A stretch of 64,000 nt of DNA, from assembly GCA_021648285.1 (NCBI GenBank), contig JAKITC010000006.1, positions 10,057 through 74,056 on the forward strand, given 5' to 3'. The stretch comes from Sulfurimonas sp. Its GTDB lineage: Bacteria > Campylobacterota > Campylobacteria > Campylobacterales > Sulfurimonadaceae. Below, piece by piece: positions 56,928 to 64,000 of the stretch. Numbering within the stretch: the stretch's first letter is position 1; every line of letters starts with the position of its first letter. The notes beneath the pieces are model-generated. The model ran no database searches. It was given only the letters and a program-made list of their open reading frames with translations, and was not told the DNA's origin. The position numbers and the translations under genes are program-made.

Positions 56928-59240
56928 TTAGACAGTAATAACTATATTTCTACCTGCATCCTTTGCAATATATAGTGCTTTATCAGCTTCATTAAATGCA
57001 TTTTCAGCACTTCGTAAATCTTCGCCTTCTATCAATTTAGCACCAATTGAAATAGTTATATATTTTGAACTATAATGTCCATCATGAGGTATATACAAAT
57101 TCTCTACTGATTGTTTTATGGTATTTAAAAAATCTGCTGCACAATACTCATTTTTGCAGTAATACAATATAGCAAACTCCTCACCACCTATTCTAAAACA
57201 GTAGTCATTTGGACGAGACAGTTTATATTTAATACAATTGGCTACAGCAATAAGTGCTCTGTCTCCAGCCTGATGTCCATAAGTGTCATTATACTGCTTG
57301 AAATAATCTATATCTGCTATTGCCAATACAAGTTTTTTGTTTTCTCTAAGGGCTATAAGCAAATTATTTTTAAGTACTTTATCAAAATGTCTTCTATTGT
57401 AAAGTTCTGTTAATGCATCAGTAATTGACAGCTCTTCTACCAATTTTTTATTTGTTATATCGTGTTTAATACCTGTATATCCAATTATGGTTCCATTCAT
57501 ATCAATGTTTGGAGCAATAATATTATCAGCCCAATAGTACTTGCCATCTTTTGTTCTGTTTTTTATTTCACCCCTCCAGACAAGTCCTTGTTTAATACTT
57601 CCCCAAAGCTCTACATATAATATTTCCGGTGTCTCCTCATGCCTAAATATTCTATGATTTTGACCAATAAGTTCTTCTTTTGTATATCCGGAAAGATTAC
57701 AAAACTCTTCGCTGACATCTAAAATATCACCATTTAAGTCTGCCTTAACCACCATTATATTTTTATCAATAAGCTTTAGATAATCTTCTATTGCATTGTC
57801 TTGCTCAGACTGATAAATATTATTAGACATTATATACATAACTCTTTGTAAAAAACCTATCTCATTTTCATCAAAACTATTATCAAAATATAGTTGAACT
57901 GCACCTATGCTTTTATCAAGATTAAAAAGAGGAATAGTTACTGTCTGATGAACTTTAATTTGTTTATTATCATGATTTAATTCTAAATTAGAGTCTGTTA
58001 TTTTAAGCTCATGATCAATAATACAGTCACCAATTAAATTATTATGAATGCACAAGGTACAATCTACACTTAAAGGATCAAGCCCATAAGTTCCACCAAG
58101 ATATAATTTATAGTTGTTGTCATCATATATGTATAATATTCCACTAATCGCACCAAATCTTTTTACCAATTGTAAAATGGATATTTCGCACACATCTTTT
58201 AATGTAGAAGATTCAAGTAACATCTCTTTAAGCTCTGCTATATATTTATCATCTGTATTTTTTTTGCTGACTTCTTTTAGCAATTTATTAGACTTATAAT
58301 AATTCCTGTACATCACCATCAATGTTAAGATAATTACAAGAGCATATAAAAAAGTTCCATTACGTAGTTTAAAATCAATATCCTTCTTTCTCTCTTGTAA
58401 TTTATTAACTATGAGTTTTTTTGTAGTTTCAAATAGAGTATTCACAGAATTATTAATATTTGAAAGCTGTAAAAAATAATCGATGGAAGTCTGCTCATTA
58501 TCTCCTTGTTTAGCATTCAAAACAGATGTTTCTAAGGTTTTAAATTTGGATATTGTACTATCAAGAACCCTGTAAAGTGAGCTACTGTCACTAGTCCTGA
58601 TTTTCATCAAAATTTGTGATATATTTTTAATATTTAACAAAAATTTATTTATATTATCTTCTAGCATAAATTTATAGTATTCTTGTTTTTTATCACCATA
58701 TAAACTATTTACTTTTATATCAGTAAGATTTTTTATATTCTTTAATGCCTCTGGGATTATGCGTACTATAATGGAAATTAAAAATGCTGTATCCCTTTGT
58801 GATTCTAAAAAGAGAGAGGATTGATCAGTAATATTCAAATTTTCATCTTCTAAAAATTTCAATATTACTCTATACTCTTCATTGATTCTTACTTTTGATA
58901 GCTTTTTTTCTTTTTCAACTAAGCTTGAAAAATAAACTTTAGCTTCTGAATTATTAACTTTTTTTAGTTCTTGAAGAATCTTTGCATTAGAAACGAAGGA
59001 TTTGTTTTCTAAATAATTTTTTATGTTTGGTTCTATTTGGTTTAAAAACATATTATGTTTTATCAAAGCAGAAATATTATATATAACAGAAATATTTTTT
59101 ATACCGTCTAGCTCTTTTTGTGTGGTGTCATACTGTTCTTGATAAAAATTTCTTACAATAAAAAAGAGTAGAGAAAAGATGAGTATTGATACGGTTCCTG
59201 GAAAAATAACTTGTCTATTTGTTTCCAAACTATACCCCAT
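56928..59240 (-). CDS. Membrane sensor diguanylate cyclase (periplasmic-GAF-PAS-GGDEF)
   Basis: Two TM segments, GAF-like region, PAS (HRIFRH..WRGEIKNR), RIGGEEF. Confidence 0.9.
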   Translation of the reverse strand: MGYSLETNRQVIFPGTVSILIFSLLFFIVRNFYQEQYDTTQKELDGIKNISVIYNISALIKHNMFLNQIEPNIKNYLENKSFVSNAKILQELKKVNNSEAKVYFSSLVEKEKKLSKVRINEEYRVILKFLEDENLNITDQSSLFLESQRDTAFLISIIVRIIPEALKNIKNLTDIKVNSLYGDKKQEYYKFMLEDNINKFLLNIKNISQILMKIRTSDSSSLYRVLDSTISKFKTLETSVLNAKQGDNEQTSIDYFLQLSNINNSVNTLFETTKKLIVNKLQERKKDIDFKLRNGTFLYALVIILTLMVMYRNYYKSNKLLKEVSKKNTDDKYIAELKEMLLESSTLKDVCEISILQLVKRFGAISGILYIYDDNNYKLYLGGTYGLDPLSVDCTLCIHNNLIGDCIIDHELKITDSNLELNHDNKQIKVHQTVTIPLFNLDKSIGAVQLYFDNSFDENEIGFLQRVMYIMSNNIYQSEQDNAIEDYLKLIDKNIMVVKADLNGDILDVSEEFCNLSGYTKEELIGQNHRIFRHEETPEILYVELWGSIKQGLVWRGEIKNRTKDGKYYWADNIIAPNIDMNGTIIGYTGIKHDITNKKLVEELSITDALTELYNRRHFDKVLKNNLLIALRENKKLVLAIADIDYFKQYNDTYGHQAGDRALIAVANCIKYKLSRPNDYCFRIGGEEFAILYYCKNEYCAADFLNTIKQSVENLYIPHDGHYSSKYITISIGAKLIEGEDLRSAENAFNEADKALYIAKDAGRNIVITV

Positions 59241-59319
59241 AACAACTCAATGTATTTGAAATGTATCATATATAAAATAAATTATCACTTAATATGTGAG
59301 CATAACGTGTGTATATAAG

Positions 59320-60321
59320 TTATAGTTTTCTAAACCTTATCATTTTAAAGCGCTCACCTAAAAAATTGGGCATTATTAACATCTTCGCTTTTTCCAGCTC
59401 CTGTTTGTATATTTTCTCTTCAACATTCTCGTTTAGCATCTCTAAAAGTTCCAGTATGCCCATGTCTACAAGAGCTACCATCTGGGCTTTCAACTCTATA
59501 AATTCTACTCCTGCTTCTTCATAGGCATCTTTTACATGTCCAAATGTAACATCGTAAGTGATGTCAGATTTTCCAAAGAGTTCTTCTCGTTGTATATTCT
59601 CATCAAAGAACGGAATAACTTCATGTTTAGCGTATACTCTCAGTGAGAAGTCGGGACGTGCCACCATCTCTCCATAATCAAAACTCATAAACTCAAACTT
59701 CCTACATGTAGAAGCCATCTCTTTAGCGAACTTTTCATAACCGATAGCTATCTCACCTCTATCTTTATGGTATTTTTTTGCTTTTTCATCTATCCAAGAG
59801 TCATCAACATCAAATTCTATATTGTGACCTTCAACTCTGCCTGTTTTACCTTTATAGTAAAGTTCACAAGGAAATGCATCAAATATCTCGTTTGCAATAA
59901 AAAATGCATTGTCGCACTTTAACTCACTTAGAGATTTATAATGAGTTAATTTTACAACATCTCCAAATGACTCATCAAAGTAGTTCTTTTGAAATTTTTG
60001 AAGGTCATCAAACCTCTCTATGATGACAAAATTAAGAGTACTGAGCAGTTTTGGTCTAAGTGTATATATAAACTCGATTACATCAGCTAAAAAGTAACCA
60101 TGATGAGCACCAATCTCACAAATTGTTCCATTCTTTTCTAAAAAACCTTCATCAACCAAAGAGATAATATGTTTAGCTATTGTTCCGCCAAAAAATTTAC
60201 TTGTACTGACTGCTGTGTAAAAATCTCCACTTTTTCCTATGTTTTTATAGGTTGCATAATAACCATCTTCGCCATAGAGCCACCCACCCATATACTCGCT
60301 AAAGTTACGACTCGGCATCAT
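59320..60321 (-). CDS. SAM-dependent methyltransferase, MidA/NDUFAF7 family
   Basis: FSEYM..LY..GYY, GDFYTA, EIGA, ANEIFDAFP, DITYDV. Confidence 0.88.
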   Translation of the reverse strand: MMPSRNFSEYMGGWLYGEDGYYATYKNIGKSGDFYTAVSTSKFFGGTIAKHIISLVDEGFLEKNGTICEIGAHHGYFLADVIEFIYTLRPKLLSTLNFVIIERFDDLQKFQKNYFDESFGDVVKLTHYKSLSELKCDNAFFIANEIFDAFPCELYYKGKTGRVEGHNIEFDVDDSWIDEKAKKYHKDRGEIAIGYEKFAKEMASTCRKFEFMSFDYGEMVARPDFSLRVYAKHEVIPFFDENIQREELFGKSDITYDVTFGHVKDAYEEAGVEFIELKAQMVALVDMGILELLEMLNENVEEKIYKQELEKAKMLIMPNFLGERFKMIRFRKL

Positions 60322-60367
60322 GTCCTCCTTGGTTGAGGGTTAGTGCCTCCCTGCATTGCCCTTTAGG
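60304..60367 (-). mobile_element. 64-bp GC-rich insertion-like element at the start of the methyltransferase gene
   Basis: Removing it restores ATG ATT AGA TTT AGC GAG TAT ATG (MIRFSEYM); the element carries AAGGAGG plus an in-frame ATG. Confidence 0.5.
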
Positions 60368-60368
60368 T

Positions 60369-61589
60369 CTAATCATCTATGTACATCTCATAAAGATTTA
60401 ATAACTCAAGCTGTTTATCTATCTCAAAAATTTCTACATCACTTTTTTGAATCTCTACCGAATTTTGTAAAAGCTCAACATCATACTCTGTTTTATATCC
60501 CGCAGCAAAAAGCTCTTTTGTATCAGCTAATAATTTCTCATAGATATCTCTATTTTTAACACTAAGCTGCTTTTTTTTCTCAAAATTTTCTATATTTTGC
60601 ATAACCTGTTCAAAAATTGCTTTTAACTCTCTTTTTCTATCTTCTACAACAAGCTGTGATTTTAGATAATCCACTCTTGATGACTGAATATCTGTAAGCG
60701 TATTTATATCTAATGGCATATATATCTTAAACCCATAGTTATAATAGTTAGTTTGATTAGAAATACTTGCAGTACCTGGCACAAACTGCTGATTTTCACT
60801 CTTTTGCCAGCTATAACCAGCGGTTAGATTTACACGTGGAAGATATTTTGCAACTGTTACATCTTTATTATATCTGTTTCTTTTTATTTCACTCTCAGAC
60901 ATATTTAAAACAATATTATGCTTCAAAAACTCCTCTTGACTCAGAACTCTTAATCTTGGTACATATGCATCTTCATGCTTCATATCGCTAATTGCTTGAA
61001 ACTTTGATATAAGTCTCTCTTTATTTGTTTGAATGTCATAAAGTGCCTGAATAACAATATTTCTTTCTATTATCGCATTATCTAAAAATCCAGAGTCAAG
61101 TTGACCATTTAAGTAATCCTCTTTTTTCTGTGCGAGATTAATTTCAGAATTTTTAATTAAAAAATTCTGTTTGCTTACCTTAAGATCTATTTGTTTTATC
61201 TGCATCAAAAGAGAAACAGCATCTTTTACAAGTTTTCTTTTTGTAACTTCTACAGAATAATCGGAGTAAACTTTGGAAGCCTCTGCAAATTTAATACCGT
61301 AGTAGATTCCACCACTCTGAAAAATAGGCTGATCCATACTTATTCCACCATTTTGTTTAATCTGTTTATTATCATATGGATTACTTTTTGAATAACTATA
61401 GTTCAGATTAAGCGGGGCTATCCATGAGTCACGAAGTTTAGAACTCTCAGCGTCATTTTTTTCATGGTCATACTTAAACTGCTCTTTTTTATTCTCAGAG
61501 ATATATCTATCCAGCTTTTCATCTTCAGCAAATAGTAAATTACTACAAAAAATTAATAGCGCTAGTGAGAGATTTAAAACCTTCATCAA
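60369..61589 (-). CDS. TolC family outer-membrane protein
   Basis: Signal peptide, QPIFQSGG and YLPRVNL..Y motifs, coiled-coil repeats. Confidence 0.82.
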   Translation of the reverse strand: MMKVLNLSLALLIFCSNLLFAEDEKLDRYISENKKEQFKYDHEKNDAESSKLRDSWIAPLNLNYSYSKSNPYDNKQIKQNGGISMDQPIFQSGGIYYGIKFAEASKVYSDYSVEVTKRKLVKDAVSLLMQIKQIDLKVSKQNFLIKNSEINLAQKKEDYLNGQLDSGFLDNAIIERNIVIQALYDIQTNKERLISKFQAISDMKHEDAYVPRLRVLSQEEFLKHNIVLNMSESEIKRNRYNKDVTVAKYLPRVNLTAGYSWQKSENQQFVPGTASISNQTNYYNYGFKIYMPLDINTLTDIQSSRVDYLKSQLVVEDRKRELKAIFEQVMQNIENFEKKKQLSVKNRDIYEKLLADTKELFAAGYKTEYDVELLQNSVEIQKSDVEIFEIDKQLELLNLYEMYIDD

Positions 61590-62724
61590 TTTCCTCTTTT
61601 GTAATTGTAAGCGGTGGTAAAAACCTTAGGGTATTTTTTCCTGCTTTTAAAACCATAACACCATTTTCTTTTGCATTTTGTATTATAGAGCTTAATGTAT
61701 CGGCATTTTTAACACGAAGTCCACACATTAAACCTATACCGACTTTAGATGTAAACAGATTTCTGTGAGCACTATAAAATTTTTCAAGTTTAGTGTTAAA
61801 ATAAGTAACTGTAGCCTCTAGCTCTCCGCTCTTTTCATACTCACCCAAGATATCCATAACTTCGCATGTAGCAGTAGCACTTAAAAAGTTTCCGCCAAAA
61901 GTAGAACCGTGATCTCCAGCGCTTAAAACATCTTTTAGGCTAGTCATAACCACACCTATGGGAACTCCCCCGCCTATACCTTTTGCTAAAGTTACGATAT
62001 CTGGTTCAATCTCGTAAACATTTGAAGCCAAGAACTTACCTGTTCTGTAACCTCCGGTTTGTACTTCATCAACAATAAGTAAAATATTTTTAGATTTTAG
62101 AAGTTTTGCAAGAGCCTGAACTTCATCTTTATTTTGTGGTTGAACTCCGCCTTCACCTTGAACCAGTTCTATCATAACTGCACATGTATGATCATCAAGA
62201 AGAGACTCTACATCTGAGATAGAATCAGCATACACAAAGCCATCAGGAAATGGTCCAAAATAGTTATGCATAACTTCTTGTCCAGTTGCTTTAATTGTTG
62301 TGATAGTACGACCGTGAAAAGAGTGTTGAAGTGTTATAATCTTGTATCTTTTAACCTCTCCGTCACTCTCACCAAACTTTCTGGCAATTTTAATTGCACC
62401 CTCATTCGCTTCAGCACCGCTGTTTCCAAAAAAGCACTGCATATCATAACCGCTGGCTTCAACGAGCTTCTGAGCAGCTCTTGCTTGTGGCGCAATATAA
62501 TAAAGGTTTGAGGTATGTGTTACCTCTGATAGCTGTTTACAAATGGCAGCATTAACTCTATCATTTGCATGACCAACACTAACAACACCGATTCCTGAAG
62601 TAAAGTCTATATACTCTTTACCTTCACTATCCATAAGTCTTGCATTTTTACCGCTAACAAACTCCACATCACCTCTAGCGTATGTAGGTAATACATATTT
62701 TTTATCTAATTCTTTTGTATTCAT
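61543..62724 (-). CDS. argD: Acetylornithine aminotransferase
   Basis: NSGAEANE, SFHGRT, VQGEGG, DEVQTG, LAKGIGGG, HGSTFGGN. Confidence 0.92.
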   Translation of the reverse strand: MNTKELDKKYVLPTYARGDVEFVSGKNARLMDSEGKEYIDFTSGIGVVSVGHANDRVNAAICKQLSEVTHTSNLYYIAPQARAAQKLVEASGYDMQCFFGNSGAEANEGAIKIARKFGESDGEVKRYKIITLQHSFHGRTITTIKATGQEVMHNYFGPFPDGFVYADSISDVESLLDDHTCAVMIELVQGEGGVQPQNKDEVQALAKLLKSKNILLIVDEVQTGGYRTGKFLASNVYEIEPDIVTLAKGIGGGVPIGVVMTSLKDVLSAGDHGSTFGGNFLSATATCEVMDILGEYEKSGELEATVTYFNTKLEKFYSAHRNLFTSKVGIGLMCGLRVKNADTLSSIIQNAKENGVMVLKAGKNTLRFLPPLTITKEEIDEGFKSLTSAINFL

Positions 62725-62946
62725 AATATACCTGTATTTTTTACTAAATTATATCTAAATTTTATGATGCATAAAACCCTTTAACTTTTTTTGTCCATAC
62801 CACAACAAAAAAAGTGCTGAAGAAAATATTATCATATCCAAGTCTACTCACATACTAAATACACCAAAATCGAGCTTAGGTTCTACATGCAGATAGTTAT
62901 ATAGTGGCTTACACCTTTCGAGGTCTAATTTTAAACTAAAAACATC

Positions 62947-63330
62947 TTATTTCTTGTTTAGATCTTCAATTATATTTACAGTTGTACTTAAAAGTTCAGC
63001 TAAATTATTTTCACATATATTAAAAATAATTTCTGCATCTAAATCAAAATAGTGATGAGATAAAATATCTCTAATACCTTTGATTTGTTTCCATGGAATA
63101 TTTGGATAGTTAGTTAAAAGTTTATTATCAGATAATTTATCAATATTTTTAAAACCTTCACCGATAGCGATTAATCTCATTGAGACACTATCAAGTCTTT
63201 CTAAACCAACATCAGTATCTAAAAAATCATCGCTAGATTTTATATCTTTACATCTAGTTTTAATTAGCTCTAAAGAATATTTAACATCTTCAAGCGTAGA
63301 GAGTATCATTTTATCTTGGTTGTTAAGCAT
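62947..63330 (-). CDS. HepT-like ribonuclease toxin (DUF86/HEPN)
   Basis: IGE, IPWKQIKGIRDILSHHY (RX4HXY). Confidence 0.9.
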   Translation of the reverse strand: MLNNQDKMILSTLEDVKYSLELIKTRCKDIKSSDDFLDTDVGLERLDSVSMRLIAIGEGFKNIDKLSDNKLLTNYPNIPWKQIKGIRDILSHHYFDLDAEIIFNICENNLAELLSTTVNIIEDLNKK

Positions 63331-63628
63331 ATATTAAATCTCTGTTAATCATCTCTAAAAAGAAAGGCTTGATATTTTTATGTTCTCTGATAATATCAAC
63401 TTTCTTGTGTAAGTCTTCTTCTATTTGCTCTTTTATAGCAATCATATCAAACATGCTAGGTTTCATTTTTACAAATATATCAATGTCACTATCATCAGTT
63501 GCTTCATCTCTTGCATAGCTTCCAAATAGACCTATCTTTTCAACATCATACTTAGTTTTAAATTCTTGGTAGTGCTCTTTTAGATAGTTTAGTACATCGT
63601 ATTTTGTCACAATAAACCCATCCTGCAT
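63323..63628 (-). CDS. Minimal nucleotidyltransferase antitoxin (MntA-like)
   Basis: LFGSYARDEATDDSDID (GSX10DXD); start may be GTG at 63610. Confidence 0.9.
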   Translation of the reverse strand: MQDGFIVTKYDVLNYLKEHYQEFKTKYDVEKIGLFGSYARDEATDDSDIDIFVKMKPSMFDMIAIKEQIEEDLHKKVDIIREHKNIKPFFLEMINRDLIYA

Positions 63629-63677
63629 TTGATTTTCACTTTTTAACTTACTGTCATTATATCATTTTATGATTTAA

Positions 63678-63769
63678 CTTTTTAAAGTTTAAGATTAAAC
63701 AGTAAAATTGTACCTGACAGCTTTTTAAAGTTTAAGATTAAACAGTAAAATTGTACCTGACAGCTTTTT
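63678..63769. repeat. Perfect tandem duplication, 43 bp x2
   Basis: CTTTTTAAAGTTTAAGATTAAACAGTAAAATTGTACCTGACAG at 63678-63720 and 63721-63763. Confidence 0.92.
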
Positions 63770-63898
63770 ATTATACGATTTAATTTTGACATGTCAGGGT
63801 TAAGTTTTGATTTATCATATATGATTTTTGGTTCTACATGTAGATAATTAAAAGTATGTCATTTTGTAATATTTTTAGTATTATGGATTGTTTGTAGT

Positions 63899-63950
63899 TA
63901 TAATTGAAATGCTCCCACAAAGTATGTGGGGCAATCTAGCTGAAAGGTGA
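63899..63950 (+). promoter_or_regulatory. -10 box TATAAT, 5' hairpin and SD of a putative type I toxin mRNA
   Basis: TATAAT 63899-904; GCTCCCACA-AAGTA-TGTGGGGC hairpin 63911-63932; GAAAGGT SD. Confidence 0.55.
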
Positions 63951-63953
63951 ACC

Positions 63954-64000
63954 ATGAAACGGTTCTATCTACGGCTAACTTTAAATCTTTTCGGATTTAA
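63954..64000 (+). CDS. Putative AapA-like type I toxin peptide (truncated by window end)
   Basis: MKRFYLRLTLNLFGF..., basic then hydrophobic, resembling Helicobacter AapA (..LYLKISFLG..). Confidence 0.55.
   Translation, partial: MKRFYLRLTLNLFGF

Larger units (their letters stand above)
62879..63850. repeat. 21-bp imperfect direct repeats flanking the MNT-HepT module
   Basis: GGTTCTACATGCAGATAGTTA (62879-62899) vs GGTTCTACATGTAGATAATTA (63830-63850), 19/21 identical. Confidence 0.6.

Noticed and set aside
63678-63769. Possible CRISPR array
   Set aside because: Two abutting units with no spacer and no cas genes

Overview
AT-rich chromosomal window that looks like a Campylobacterota (Sulfurimonas-like) genome, judged from gene order and protein style. 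The core backbone (M18 peptidase, dnaE, efp, dapA-SDR, pgsA-rseP-yggS, class III RNR, polA, xerD-like, gatC, pilT, argD) is interrupted by accessory material. (i) About 15 kb lies between dapA-SDR and pgsA; it opens with a 272-bp MITE and carries amrS, otsA, a beta-PGM/OtsB/GH65 triple fusion, pcm, ald, GDPD, MFS, CDF, an ACP-acyltransferase and a porin. (ii) A ~3.5 kb ArsR/nucleoside phosphorylase//rhodanese-DsrE-membrane protein-methyltransferase module sits between what look like the N- and C-terminal stumps of a destroyed HD-GYP gene. (iii) There is a delta-class carbonic anhydrase. (iv) There are three toxin-antitoxin loci: RelE/Phd, MNT/HepT, and a probable AapA-like type I locus cut by the window edge. 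Features missing from the ORF track: a separately encoded 51-aa NrdD glycyl-radical domain, IS30 and IS3 scars, an ArsC-family pseudogene, REP/REPIN-like repeats, and a 64-bp insertion that appears to supply a new start to a methyltransferase gene. No rRNA, tRNA or CRISPR array was seen. All family calls come from motif recognition by eye; no database searches were run.
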